Below are positions 24,896-35,064 of a stretch of 35,064 nt of DNA, in pieces. The stretch's first letter is position 1; every line of letters starts with the position of its first letter. Below the pieces are notes generated by a model, which had not been told where the DNA came from, did not search any database, and saw only the letters and a list, made by a program, of their open reading frames with translations. This DNA comes from Gemmatimonadales bacterium (GTDB taxonomy: Bacteria > Gemmatimonadota > Gemmatimonadetes > Gemmatimonadales > GWC2-71-9), in the NCBI GenBank assembly GCA_036390535.1, contig DASWBQ010000105.1, forward strand, positions 1 to 35,064. Reading direction: 5' to 3'. A program made the translations under genes and the position numbers.

Positions 24896-27156
24896 GCCAG
24901 GCCCCAGCGGCGGCGCAGTCCCCACTCGGCCGACAGCAGGCCCAGGAGCAGCAGGAAGACGATGGGCATGTCCCAGAGGTCGAGTTGCTCGGTGCGGGTG
25001 ATGCCCCGCTCTGTGTAGACGACATCACGGGGGAGGGAGGACACCGTGGCCGGCGTGTAGCTCCGGCCGCCGGTCTCATCCGCGATGCGGCGGAGCACCG
25101 CGGGCCGCATTTCCGCCCCGAAGTACTCGCGCCCGACGTCTCCGACCCGCACGAACGCCGGCTCGACGACCAGGCTGTCGTCCCCGGAGATCGCCACGGC
25201 CTCGATGCTGTACTCCCCCGGTTCCCGGGCTGGCGCCGTGCCGCGGTAGAGGCCATCCGTCCCCGGCGCCAGTTCGAGGATCGCCTCCTCGGAGGCTCCG
25301 GACGGCGCGGTCACCCTGGCCTTGACGCTGGCGCCGTTGACCGGCTGCCAGCCCGCGTCATGAACCTCCACCTCGAAGCCGATCGGCTCCCCCTGGCCAA
25401 TCTGGGAGGTCAGGGTCACCAACTCGGCCCGCTCGGGCACGTCCGCGGTCAGCCACCGCAGCAACTGACGCATCGCGGTCTGGTGGCGGGTGTCCTCGAC
25501 CGGCACGTCGGCGTGCATCCGCCACAGCCACGCGTCCTGAATGGCGAGGGCGGCGGAGCGGCCGCGGCCGTACCGCTGGTAGATCAGCACCGGCTGGGTG
25601 CCCCCGCCGGCGGTATCGGTGCCCGCCAGCAGGACGGTCGCTCCCGGGCGGGGCTCGCCGACCCGGTTCACCGACGTGACCGGTGGGAGCGAATCCCAGC
25701 GGCGGGCGGAGGCGGCGTCATCGGCCGCGAGGCGGATGGCCGGATGGGTCATTCCTGCCGGGGTGACCGCGACCCGAAGTTCTCGAAACCAGCCCGAGTC
25801 GCGCGGCTGGTCGAGGCGGACCGGGAGGACCTCATCGAGGGGGGTGTTGGAGTACCCGCCCTCGGCGAAGGCCCGGCGGCCGCCCAGCGCGAGCAACCCG
25901 CCGCCGCGACGCGAGACGAACTCGACGAGCATCCGGAGCTGATCCACCGTGAAGGCACTGGCCTCCACGCTGCCCAGGACCACCCCGCGATACCGGTACA
26001 GTTCCTCCCGGGTGCGCGGGAAGCCAGCCACCAGGTCGAGTGAGTCCTTGACGCCAAGGCGCAGGAACTTGTTCTCGGCGGTGCGCTGGAGCCCCACCAG
26101 GCGGAGCTGCCGGTCGTCGCGCACCGCGCGGCGAAGGAAGGCGAACTCGGGCCGGGGCTCTCCTTCGTAGTAGAGAATGTCCTCGGCGCGGTCGACGACC
26201 GACACCAGCACCTTCCGCTCGTTGTTCCGGCTGACGGTCTCCTGCGAGCGGGCCGGCACCCGAACGGTCAGGGTATGAAACCCCTCGGTCTCGAGAGGCA
26301 CGGGAAGCCGCACCGACGCCACCCCACCGTCGCCGGGGAGGGCGAGGCGGCGGGTGGCCAGGCGCTGGCCACCGTCCTCCACCACGAGGTCCACCGAGTC
26401 GCGGCCGCCGCCCTGCTGACGGATCAGGGCCTCGACCAGGACCGACGAGCCCTTGAGCGCGGTGCGGGGTGCCTCGACCCGGGACAGCTCGAGATCGTCG
26501 GGAAAGCGCTCCGCTCCGATCGCGACGGTGTGGACCGGAATCTCGGCGGCTGCGAGCGAGAGGAGAGACGCGGTCAGCGCGGTGTCGGCGTTGTCGGCGC
26601 CGTCACTGACCAGGACCAGGCCCGCCAGCGGCAGGGCGGCGAGGTCACGCCGGGCGTGGTCGAGCACCGCGGCCAGGTCGGTGCGTTCCCCGTCGAACCG
26701 GAGGGAGTCCGCAGCTCCCCGCCGGGAGGCCGTTCCCCCAAAGCGGAAGAACCGCAACTGGAACCGCTCCGCCAGTTCCCGTACCACGGGCGCCTCGGGG
26801 CCGAAGAGTTCTTCCAGCGTGGCCCCCCGGGTCATCGGGCCCGCATCGGCGATCCGCATGCTCTGCGAATCGTCAAGGAGGATTCCCAGCACATTGCGCT
26901 GGGCGATAGCGGTGGAAACGAGCAGCGCCGGCCGGAGGAGCGCGGCCGCGACCAGGGCGAGCGCGGTGGCGCGCAGGAGCCCCAGGGCGATTCGCTGGCG
27001 GGTGGTCAGGCGATGGCGGCGCAGCGCCACCACCAAGGCGGCGGCCGCCGCCACGGCCAGAGCCCCGGCGACGGCGACCTGCCACCCTTGGGCGGCCCAG
27101 ACGAAGCGGCCCGTCTCGAAGACGACGGGCCGGTACTTGAGCAGGAGTTCGAACAC
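24892..27156 (-). CDS. membrane protein: N-terminal double-TM + vWA-like (MIDAS) domain + large extracytoplasmic region (possibly GATase1/ThuA-like) + C-terminal TM anchor
   Basis: 754 aa, GTG start. TM segments WQVAVAGALAVAAAAALVVAL and IALGLLRATALALVAAALL. DxSxS in GILLDDSQSM. LVLVSDGADN. C-terminal TM MPIVFLLLLGLLSAEWGL. Confidence 0.8.
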   Translation of the reverse strand: MFELLLKYRPVVFETGRFVWAAQGWQVAVAGALAVAAAAALVVALRRHRLTTRQRIALGLLRATALALVAAALLRPALLVSTAIAQRNVLGILLDDSQSMRIADAGPMTRGATLEELFGPEAPVVRELAERFQLRFFRFGGTASRRGAADSLRFDGERTDLAAVLDHARRDLAALPLAGLVLVSDGADNADTALTASLLSLAAAEIPVHTVAIGAERFPDDLELSRVEAPRTALKGSSVLVEALIRQQGGGRDSVDLVVEDGGQRLATRRLALPGDGGVASVRLPVPLETEGFHTLTVRVPARSQETVSRNNERKVLVSVVDRAEDILYYEGEPRPEFAFLRRAVRDDRQLRLVGLQRTAENKFLRLGVKDSLDLVAGFPRTREELYRYRGVVLGSVEASAFTVDQLRMLVEFVSRRGGGLLALGGRRAFAEGGYSNTPLDEVLPVRLDQPRDSGWFRELRVAVTPAGMTHPAIRLAADDAASARRWDSLPPVTSVNRVGEPRPGATVLLAGTDTAGGGTQPVLIYQRYGRGRSAALAIQDAWLWRMHADVPVEDTRHQTAMRQLLRWLTADVPERAELVTLTSQIGQGEPIGFEVEVHDAGWQPVNGASVKARVTAPSGASEEAILELAPGTDGLYRGTAPAREPGEYSIEAVAISGDDSLVVEPAFVRVGDVGREYFGAEMRPAVLRRIADETGGRSYTPATVSSLPRDVVYTERGITRTEQLDLWDMPIVFLLLLGLLSAEWGLRRRWGLA

Positions 27157-27163
27157 GTCGTTA

Positions 27164-27667
27164 TCAGGTACCTGCGGTATCGAACCTCAGTTCCAGCGTT
27201 CCGCCAGGCGCCACCCCTGCCCAACGGCCGAAGAGTTCCCTCATGCAGCTACGTACGCGTGCCAACTCGTCGTCGCTGACCGGGCGGCCGGGGTGCCGGC
27301 CGGCGAGGGCCGCCCATTCCGCGGCCTCGCGGTTGACGGCATCGGCGGTCCAGTCCGCGACGCCAGCGCGCTCCAGGTCGAGCAGGCCCACCAGATGCTC
27401 CACCGCAACGGCCTCGTCCGGCAGCGAGCCGCGGGGTCCCTTTCCCTCGGTGTCCGGAATATCCCACCCGTCGGCGATGAGCCCATAGAACCCTCGCCGA
27501 AGACCCAGGACGCTCTCAACGGCGAAATGCGTGAGGTCATGCCGCGGAAAGAAGGCGGCCCGGGGCCCCTCCTGCTTCTGCCACGTTACCGAGCCGTCGT
27601 CCCGGGTGCACCGGAGCACGGCTCCGCCATCGGACCGCTTCTGAATGGAGATGCGCAGCAGAGGCAT
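27164..27667 (-). CDS. hypothetical cytoplasmic protein (no family recognised)
   Basis: 167 aa with ordinary, non-low-complexity composition. It has the best Shine-Dalgarno I found in the window (AGGAGGTG-N5-ATG). Its stop is 7 nt from the next gene's start. Confidence 0.7.
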   Translation of the reverse strand: MPLLRISIQKRSDGGAVLRCTRDDGSVTWQKQEGPRAAFFPRHDLTHFAVESVLGLRRGFYGLIADGWDIPDTEGKGPRGSLPDEAVAVEHLVGLLDLERAGVADWTADAVNREAAEWAALAGRHPGRPVSDDELARVRSCMRELFGRWAGVAPGGTLELRFDTAGT

Positions 27668-27672
27668 ATCGA

Positions 27673-27678
27673 CACCTC

Positions 27679-27680
<2 letters not shown>
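27673..27680 (-). promoter_or_regulatory. Shine-Dalgarno AGGAGGTG for the 27164-27667 gene, overlapping the TAG stop of the upstream amidohydrolase
   Basis: The minus strand reads CCG-TAG-GAGGTGTCGAT-ATG. The SD starts inside the stop codon. Confidence 0.6.
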
Positions 27681-29153
<1,473 letters not shown>

Positions 29154-29157
<4 letters not shown>

Positions 29158-29513
29158 CCGGCCTTCTCGCCGCGGCCGGTCTCGAGATGGAACCGATGCA
29201 GCACGGCATGAACGACCGGGGCGAGCATCACACCGGCCAGCACGATGAAGACCAGTCCTGCGAAGAGGGCATAACTGCCGACCAGCCACTTTCCGGCCAG
29301 GGACCGGATCGGGCTCACCGGACCCATCCCGCCAAGCAGCATGGCGGCGTTCAGGAAGGCCTCGGGCCACGACAGGCCCTCCACCCAGTGGTAGATCCCC
29401 ATCCCGGTTCCCAGGGTCAGCACCATGAGGGGGAAGAGGGCCCACGCCCGGGTGGCCATGTGCCGGGCAAGGTGCCAGGGATGATGTGACGGAACGGACG
29501 CGGGCCGAGTCAT
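29154..29513 (-). CDS. small 2-TM membrane protein with K+-channel-like TM1 / pore-helix / TM2 layout and a degenerate filter
   Basis: 119 aa. TM1 WALFPLMVLTLGTGMGIYHWV. Pore-helix-like LSWPEAFLNAAMLL. GGMGP lies where a filter would be. TM2 WLVGSYALFAGLVFIVLAGVMLAPVV. Its stop overlaps the amidohydrolase start (ATGA). The start could instead be the internal Met (MATRAW). Confidence 0.65.
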
Positions 29514-29573
29514 GGAGACCCCCGTGGAAAGGGAACAGTCGGTTGGATGGGCGGTGACGTCCGGCGCGCCGGT

Positions 29574-30527
29574 TCAGCTCGCGATGGCGATTCCCTGTTG
29601 GACCCGGACGTGGGTCAGCCAGCCGTGGACGTCCTCGACCCGCCCGTTGGCCACGTCGAGAAAGCGCTGCTGCAGCTGACGGGTAATGAGCCCCACCTTG
29701 CCCGTGCCCACCGCGATCCGGTCTACGCTGCGGACGGGCGTGATCTCCGCCGCCGTGCCCGAGAAGAAGACCTCGTCCGCGACGTAGAGCATGTCCCGGG
29801 GGAGACTGACCTCGCGGACGGGAATCCCCACGTCCTGGGCGAGGGTTACGATGCTGTCGCGGGTGATGCCCGGCAGGATGGTGCCGTTGATCGGCGGGGT
29901 GTAGAGGGTGCCATCCCGCACCAGGAAGATGTTCTGACCGGACCCCTCGCCAATCATCCCATCGGTGGTGAGGGAGATCCCTTCGGCGAAGCCGTTGGCG
30001 AGGGCCTCCATCTTCACCAGCTGGCCGCTCAGGTAATTGCCGGCGATCTTGGCGCCGGCCGGGATGGTGTTGGGCGCGACCCGGTTCCACGAGGAGACGC
30101 AGGCGTCCACCCCATTCTCGAGGGCTCCGTCACCGAGGTAGGCGCCCCAGGGCCAGCAGGGGAGATAGACCTCGACCGGGCTGGCGAAGGGAACCATGCC
30201 GGCGGCGCCGTATCCCCGGAGCACCATCGGGCGGATGTAGCAGGCATGGAGTCCGTTGCGCTCCACCAGGTCGCAGCAGGCGGCTACCAGCTCTTCGAGC
30301 GAGTACGGCACCTCGGTACGGTAGATCCGGCAGGAGGCGATCAGGCGCCGGAGGTGATCCTCGAGCCGGAAGATGGCCGGGCCCTGCGGAGTGGAGTAGC
30401 AGCGCACCCCCTCGAATGCGGAGGAACCGAACTGCATCGAGTGGGCGAGGACGTGCACCTGGGCGTCCTCCCACCGCACGAACGCGCCGTCGTGCCAGAT
30501 CCACTCGGTCGCAGTCAACTGGCTCAT
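29574..30527 (-). CDS. ilvE: branched-chain amino acid aminotransferase (class IV PLP enzyme)
   Basis: 317 aa: WHDGAFVRWEDAQVHVLAHSMQFGSSAFEGVRCY, YIRPMVLRG, EGSGQNIFLVRDGTLYTPP, LPGITRDS, ADEVFFSGTAAEITPVRSVD. This is the canonical IlvE pattern. Confidence 0.92.
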   Translation of the reverse strand: MSQLTATEWIWHDGAFVRWEDAQVHVLAHSMQFGSSAFEGVRCYSTPQGPAIFRLEDHLRRLIASCRIYRTEVPYSLEELVAACCDLVERNGLHACYIRPMVLRGYGAAGMVPFASPVEVYLPCWPWGAYLGDGALENGVDACVSSWNRVAPNTIPAGAKIAGNYLSGQLVKMEALANGFAEGISLTTDGMIGEGSGQNIFLVRDGTLYTPPINGTILPGITRDSIVTLAQDVGIPVREVSLPRDMLYVADEVFFSGTAAEITPVRSVDRIAVGTGKVGLITRQLQQRFLDVANGRVEDVHGWLTHVRVQQGIAIAS

Positions 30528-30553
30528 GGCCGGTCCTCTTCAAGGGGTACAGG

Positions 30554-30562
30554 ATTTTACCA
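30554..30562 (-). promoter_or_regulatory. candidate extended -10 element (TGgTAAAAT) upstream of ilvE
   Basis: The minus strand reads ...ctgtggTGgTAAAATcctgtaccccttGAAGAGGAccggccATG. It sits about 27 nt upstream of the ilvE ATG, with a purine-rich SD in between. No good -35 element was found. Confidence 0.35.
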
Positions 30563-30603
30563 CCACAGCTAGGTTCCCAACACCCGTCTTCACCGAGTGT
30601 CCC

Positions 30604-32661
30604 ATGGGTCCTGCCCGGCTCTCCGTGCTGCTCTTCCTGGTGCCCGCGCTGCTGTCCGCCCAGGCGGCCCCGCCGATCCGGGGGTTCTCACCAGTGGCAG
30701 CCGCGGCTCAGGCCCGGCTCGAAGCGACAATGGCCGGGCTACTCAGTCGTGATTCGACCGGCGCCTGGTTCAGGGAGTTCACCCGGTTGCCGCATCCCGC
30801 CGCGTCCGAACGGAACCGGCAACTCGCGGAGTTGATCGCGTCCGCCTGGAAGGCGTACGGGCTGGAAGACGTCCGGCTCCGGCGCTACGAGGTCCTGATG
30901 CCGTGGCCGGAGCAGGTCCGCGTCACGATGACGGCGCCGAGCGCTCACCAGGCCAGGCTGACGGAGGACTGCTATCCGGAGGACCGCGACGCCTGTGTCG
31001 GGCCCGAGCTGACCTACCTCGGCATGTCGGGCTCGGGCGACGTGACCGGTGAACTGGTCTACGCCAACAGCGGAAATCCCGCCGACTACGACTGGCTCGA
31101 GGCGCAGGGCGTAGACCTCAAAGGGAAGATCGCCATCGTCCGGTACTCCAATCCGTACAGCTATCGCGGCTTCAAGGCGTTGACGGCGGAGCAACGCGGG
31201 CTCAGGGCGATGCTGATCTACTCCGACCCGCAGGAGGATGGCTACCGGAGGGGCCTGACGTTCCCGAACGGGCCATGGGGACCGGAGAGCCACATCCAGC
31301 GGGGGGCCATCAGCTACGACTTCATCGTCCCCGGCGACCCGCTCACGCCGGGTTGGGCCTCCGGGGAGGGGGCGCGCCGAATCCCCGAGGCGGAAGCCCG
31401 GAGCATCCCGAAGATCATCGCGGTACCACTCTCCGCGCGCGACGCAGAGCCGATGCTCCGCGCCCTGGCCGGGCCGGTGGCCCCCTCCGCCTGGCAGGGG
31501 GCCCTGCCGTTCACCTACCGGGTCGGGCCCGGCGCCACGGTGCAGGTGACCGTGAAGATGGACGGGAAGACCCGGCCGATCTGGGTGACGGAGGGACGCA
31601 TCCGGGGGAGCGAGACGCCCGACCAGACGGTGGTCCTCGGCAACCACCGGGACGCCTGGGTGTACGGCGCGGTGGACCCGAGCAGCGGCAGCGCCACCCA
31701 GATGGAGCTGGCGCGGGCGCTCGGCCGGCTGGTGAAAGACGGGCGGCGCCCGAAACGGACCATCGTCTTCACCAGCTGGGACGCCGAGGAATGGCACCTG
31801 ACCGGGTCGACGGAGTGGGGCGAGGAGTTCGCGAAGGAGTTGCAGGCGGGGGCGGTGGCCTACCTCAACGTGGACGGGTCGACCAGTGGCGCCGAGTTCA
31901 ACGCCAGCGCAGTGGCGACGCTCAACCGGCTGGTGCAGGAGGTGGCGCGCGACGTGGCCGACCCGGCGACCGGGAAGTCGCTGCTAGAGGTCACCACCGC
32001 GCGGGTGGGCGCCGACGGCGTAGTGGACAACAAGCTGGGCTCGGGCTCCGACTACACCGTCTTCCTCAACTTCCTCGGTATCCCGATCGTCGACCTGAGC
32101 TTCGGCGGGCCGTACGGGGTGTACCACTCGCAGTACGACAACTACACCTGGATGAGCCGGTTCGGCGATCCGGGTTTCCGCTACATGACCGCGATGGCGG
32201 AGGTCTGGGGGCGGATGGCCCTCCGCCTGGCCAACGCGGAGATCCTGCCCTATGACCTCACCGCCATCGCTTGGCGGCTGGGGCAGTTCCTCGAGGAGCT
32301 GGCCGCGTTGCCCGGCGTGAGGGAGCGGCTCGACCTGGCGGACGTGACGGCAGCGCAGCGCGCCATGCACGAGGCCGCCGAGGGGCTCGAGGCCTCGCTC
32401 AGGCGGGGGGGCGCAGCTCCGCAGATGGTGAACGCGGCGATGCAGCGGCTGGAACAGCAATGGCTGCTGGCGGACGGCATTCCGGGCCGGCCGTGGTTCC
32501 GGCATGCCCTCTACGCGCCGAAGTACACCTATGCGGCCCTGGAACTGCCCGGAGTCCGCGAGGCGGTGGACGCGGGGGACTGGGGCGCCGCGCGGCGGGA
32601 AGCCGCGCGCCTGGCGGAGCGCATCCGGGCCATGACCGCGGCGATCACCGTCCTGCGCTGA
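30604..32661 (+). CDS. secreted M28-family peptidase of the glutamate carboxypeptidase II / PSMA type (PA domain + M28 + transferrin-receptor-like dimerisation domain)
   Basis: The start is placed at the ATG at 30604: MGPARLSVLLFLVPALLSAQA (signal peptide). Blocks: LVYANSGNPADYDWLEAQGVDLKGKIAIVRY, GNHRDAWVYGAVDPSSG, SWDAEEWHLTGSTEW, SDYTVFLNFLGIPIVDL, YHSQYDNYTWM. The C-terminal helical domain ends ...PWFRHALYAP. Confidence 0.88.
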   Translation: MGPARLSVLLFLVPALLSAQAAPPIRGFSPVAAAAQARLEATMAGLLSRDSTGAWFREFTRLPHPAASERNRQLAELIASAWKAYGLEDVRLRRYEVLMPWPEQVRVTMTAPSAHQARLTEDCYPEDRDACVGPELTYLGMSGSGDVTGELVYANSGNPADYDWLEAQGVDLKGKIAIVRYSNPYSYRGFKALTAEQRGLRAMLIYSDPQEDGYRRGLTFPNGPWGPESHIQRGAISYDFIVPGDPLTPGWASGEGARRIPEAEARSIPKIIAVPLSARDAEPMLRALAGPVAPSAWQGALPFTYRVGPGATVQVTVKMDGKTRPIWVTEGRIRGSETPDQTVVLGNHRDAWVYGAVDPSSGSATQMELARALGRLVKDGRRPKRTIVFTSWDAEEWHLTGSTEWGEEFAKELQAGAVAYLNVDGSTSGAEFNASAVATLNRLVQEVARDVADPATGKSLLEVTTARVGADGVVDNKLGSGSDYTVFLNFLGIPIVDLSFGGPYGVYHSQYDNYTWMSRFGDPGFRYMTAMAEVWGRMALRLANAEILPYDLTAIAWRLGQFLEELAALPGVRERLDLADVTAAQRAMHEAAEGLEASLRRGGAAPQMVNAAMQRLEQQWLLADGIPGRPWFRHALYAPKYTYAALELPGVREAVDAGDWGAARREAARLAERIRAMTAAITVLR

Positions 32662-32667
32662 GGGCGG

Positions 32668-32976
32668 CTACGCCGGTGTGAGGACCTGGAGGCTGACCCT
32701 GGTCATCAGGTCCTTCACCCGGTCCCGCCAGGCCACCATGTGCGGCGCCTCGAGGTGGGCGGCCAGCGCCCCGAGGTCGTTCCACTTCTCGATCACCATC
32801 ACCACGTCCGGCCGCACCGGTTCCTGAATCGAAATGCCGGACGGGGCGTCCATCGCGGCGCCGTACTCGATGCAGCCATCCTCCGCCTGCACTTCCGGAG
32901 CGAGCCGCGCGAATTCCTCGAGCCAGGCCTCCTGTGCCCCGGGGCGCAGGGTGATGGTGGCGAGCACGTGGATCAT
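32668..32976 (-). CDS. ABM-domain (antibiotic-biosynthesis-monooxygenase-like / putative quinol monooxygenase) protein
   Basis: 102 aa, ferredoxin-like pattern: MIHVLATITLRPG...EDGCIEY...VVMVIEKWNDLGALAAHLEAPHM. Its ATG overlaps the upstream stop (ATGA at 32973-32976). Confidence 0.8.
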   Translation of the reverse strand: MIHVLATITLRPGAQEAWLEEFARLAPEVQAEDGCIEYGAAMDAPSGISIQEPVRPDVVMVIEKWNDLGALAAHLEAPHMVAWRDRVKDLMTRVSLQVLTPA

Positions 32977-34097
32977 GGCACCTCCTGAGTGAACGGCGGC
33001 GAGCCACCGGCCAGGGGAAGGACTTCGTTGACCAGCGCCAGCAGCAGGCGCCCGGGTTCCTCGAACATCATGAAGTGGGCGCTCCGCTCGAAGGTCATGA
33101 AGCGCTTGTGCGGGGCGGTGATCCGGTCATACCAGGCCTTTACAGGCTGGTACGGGGTGTGGAGGTCGTGCCGTCCCATGAGGAAGACGACCGGCACCTT
33201 GAAGTCGGTGATCTTCCCAAGGTCGATCCTGTTGATGTCCTGTATCAGGCCGCTGCCGATCCACCCGCTGGTGGCAAACTGGGCGGCGATGTCCGCCGCC
33301 GTGTATTCCGGCGCCCACTGGGGGAGGGAATAGAAGAGGTCGAAATCCTTCCGGCCGTACCATCCACCATTGTACTCCCGGGCCCACTTGCGCACCTCCA
33401 GCAGCGACTCGATCCTCGGGTTCGGGCCCGGGTACGGCTCGAGGGTTTCGAGTGTGCGCACCGCCTCCACATTGCCCGCGCGCCGGGCCTGTGCCAGTAC
33501 CCTGTCGTAGATGACCCGCTCAGCGGCGGTCGAGACCGCCTGGCCCATGCCGACATACGCGTAGAGGAGGTCGGGCCGCTTCTGCGCGAGCAAGGTGCCG
33601 ACCATGGTGCCCCAGGAGTAACCCAGCACGACGACCTTCTCCTTGCCGAGCCGTTTCCGGAGATGCTCCACCACCTCCTCGGCGTCCCGGACCATCCGGT
33701 CTACCGAGAGGGTCCGGGCAAGCGTCGCGGAATCGGCGGTGACGGCGTTCTTGCCGCTGCCGCGCTGGTCCCACTGCACCACGGTGAAGAAGTCCTCCCA
33801 CGGCTTCTGCCAGGCCCAGCTGGTCGGCATCATCGGCCAGGCGGGTCCCCCGTGGATCATCAGGAGGACCGGGTTGGCGCGGTTCTGCCCGCGGATCGAG
33901 ATCCACTGGGTGGTGCCGCCGACCTGGACCGGCTCGAGCACCTCGATGCCTTCCGGCGTGCTGATCTTCTGCAGGTCGGCGATCCGGGCGGTGACGGCGG
34001 CGCGGTCCCAGGAGGTCGGCCCCGCTTGCGCGCGCATGGCGGCGGCGGGCTGGAGCAGGGCGATCAGGGCGGCGAGCAGAGTCGAGCGGAGTGTCAT
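32973..34097 (-). CDS. exported alpha/beta hydrolase (proline iminopeptidase-like)
   Basis: The start is placed at the ATG at 34097 (ATGA overlap with the upstream stop): MTLRSTLLAALIALLQPAAAMRAQA (signal peptide). LLMIHGGPAW (oxyanion HGG), nucleophile elbow VVVLGYSWGTMVG (GxSxG), late His in ERSAHFMMFEEP. Confidence 0.85.
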   Translation of the reverse strand: MTLRSTLLAALIALLQPAAAMRAQAGPTSWDRAAVTARIADLQKISTPEGIEVLEPVQVGGTTQWISIRGQNRANPVLLMIHGGPAWPMMPTSWAWQKPWEDFFTVVQWDQRGSGKNAVTADSATLARTLSVDRMVRDAEEVVEHLRKRLGKEKVVVLGYSWGTMVGTLLAQKRPDLLYAYVGMGQAVSTAAERVIYDRVLAQARRAGNVEAVRTLETLEPYPGPNPRIESLLEVRKWAREYNGGWYGRKDFDLFYSLPQWAPEYTAADIAAQFATSGWIGSGLIQDINRIDLGKITDFKVPVVFLMGRHDLHTPYQPVKAWYDRITAPHKRFMTFERSAHFMMFEEPGRLLLALVNEVLPLAGGSPPFTQEVP

Positions 34098-34711
34098 GGC
34101 GTGTGGGTGAACCATCCGTACTGGAAGGGCTGGGGGACACCAGCCGGGGTCAGGTGAGTCTCGGTCTCGGCTGAGCGAAGCTGAAACACTGGGCCCAGCA
34201 ACGCAACCATGCGCGCCGTGTCGTACCGCTCGACGGGCAATCCGCTGCACCGCGCCGGTCCATCACTGGCGAACGTGGCCAGGATGACATGTCCGCCCGG
34301 CCGCAAGGCCTGCGTCAAGGCCCGCACGTAGGCCTGCTGGTCCTCGGGGTCGGTCAGGAAGTGGAGGACCGCGCGGTCATGCCACAGCGCGTAGCGGCGC
34401 GCCGGCTCGAACCGGGTCAGGTCGGACCTGATGACCTGAACGGCCTGACCGAGCCGCGCCCGGACAGCTGCCAGGGCAACGGAGGAGACGTCGAGCACGG
34501 TGACGTCCTCATATCCAGCAGCCAGCAGGCGGTCTGCAAGTACCGAAGCCCCGCCACCGACGTCGAGGATCGGCGCCCCTCGACTGATCCCGGCCTGCTC
34601 GATGAAGCGCAAGGAAACAGCCGGGTCGGCCTGATACCAGCTCAGTGCCGTCGGGTCCCGGGTCTGGTAGACCCGGTCCCAGTGCACGCGCCTCGCCTCA
34701 CTGTCGTTCAC
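34094..34711 (-). CDS. class I SAM-dependent methyltransferase
   Basis: Motif I ILDVGGGASVLADRLL, acidic post-I VTVLDVS, and LRPGGHVILATF. I prefer the GTG at 34711 (GTGA overlap with the upstream stop) over the track start at 34741. The start is uncertain by 10 codons. Confidence 0.8.
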   Translation of the reverse strand: MNDSEARRVHWDRVYQTRDPTALSWYQADPAVSLRFIEQAGISRGAPILDVGGGASVLADRLLAAGYEDVTVLDVSSVALAAVRARLGQAVQVIRSDLTRFEPARRYALWHDRAVLHFLTDPEDQQAYVRALTQALRPGGHVILATFASDGPARCSGLPVERYDTARMVALLGPVFQLRSAETETHLTPAGVPQPFQYGWFTHTP

Positions 34712-35064
34712 GCGTCGAGCCTCTGAGCGTACGGGACCCACTCGCCATGTTCGAGCCAGCGCCGGAGGATCCGGAGGTACATAGCCCAGCAGCAGGAAGA
34801 GATCCGGTAGTGCTCGTTGGCCTCCGGCCAGCCTGCATGGTAGAACTGCATCCAGGTAACGTCGCCTCGGGCCTCAAGGCGCACCCCGACGCGAGTGCCC
34901 TCCCAATCCGGGTCTGACCGGGTCATCCGGAGCTCGAAGGCCTCACACGGTCTGGCCACGGCCACCACCGCACGCCAGTCGTAGTTCGGCTCGAAGAGGA
35001 GTTGATACTCGTTCCCGACCTCGGGTCGGCCTGCGCTCCGGGCGGTCCACCAGGCGTCGAGGCC
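34708..35064 (-). CDS. SRPBCC-superfamily (AHSA1 / Aha1-like) protein, C-terminal part (5' end beyond the window end)
   Basis: The frame stays open to the window edge. Manual translation gives GLDAWWTARSAGRPEVGNEYQLLFEPNYDWRAVVAVARPCEAFELRMTRSDPDWEGTRVGVRLEARGDVTWMQFYHAGWPE... The L..WWT and G..Y.F.F pattern followed by W.GT.V.F.L is typical of AHSA1-type SRPBCC proteins. Confidence 0.75.
   Translation of the reverse strand, partial: GLDAWWTARSAGRPEVGNEYQLLFEPNYDWRAVVAVARPCEAFELRMTRSDPDWEGTRVGVRLEARGDVTWMQFYHAGWPEANEHYRISSCCWAMYLRILRRWLEHGEWVPYAQRLDA

Noticed and set aside
29561-29572. 12-nt GC palindrome CCGGCGCGCCGG two nt after the ilvE stop, considered as a terminator
   Set aside because: It is too short to form a stable stem with a viable loop (at best 4 bp plus a 4-nt loop), and no U-tract follows. 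It is probably a chance palindrome in GC-rich DNA. The downstream gene is likely co-transcribed.
29158-30090. Upstream 311 codons of the 803-aa track ORF (27679-30090, -), and the 341-aa + ORF at 29547-30572
   Set aside because: The extension overlaps the 2-TM membrane gene and ilvE in other frames and is Arg/Pro/Gly-rich. The amidohydrolase begins with a lipoprotein-like signal at 29157. The + ORF is antisense to ilvE.

Overview
Very GC-rich window (GC not computed) from a diderm bacterium. Evidence for diderm status is an Omp85-type barrel, Sec and TAT signals and a lipobox. The style resembles Gemmatimonadota or Acidobacteriota, but that is only a guess. I support 29 protein-coding genes (2 truncated by the window edges). 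I found no rRNA, tRNA, CRISPR array, transposase or integrase.

Layout:
- 1-5116: a cluster of amide/peptide hydrolases (amidohydrolase, amidase, two convergent secreted M20 paralogs).
- 5207-7717: an atypical Omp85-family outer-membrane protein.
- 7773-9719: an ABC-F ATPase.
- 9852-10265: a tightly coupled csp-rpsU pair.
- 10338-12856: small redox and VOC genes.
- 30527 down to 12857: an uninterrupted minus-strand gene train.
- 30604-32661: a PSMA-like M28 peptidase.
- 32668-35064: a 4-gene cassette joined by stop/start overlaps.

The most interesting object is the core of the minus-strand train (about 27156 to 13357, possibly 27667 to 12857). It is a Bat-like, MoxR AAA+/DUF58/vWA envelope operon, and most junctions are ATGA, TTGA or TGATG stop/start overlaps. 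It contains three separate DxSxS (MIDAS) vWA proteins, DUF4159 and a giant DUF4175-like coiled-coil membrane protein. It also has two accessory genes that I do not associate with the canonical Bat operon. One is a TPR protein carrying an embedded HExxH (Peptidase_MA-like) domain. The other is an exported legumain/caspase-fold protein that keeps the catalytic His but has Ser where the nucleophile Cys should be.

Many very long ORFs in the supplied track are antisense or N-terminally over-extended artefacts of the GC bias and were rejected. All family assignments come from motif recognition by eye. No database search was run.
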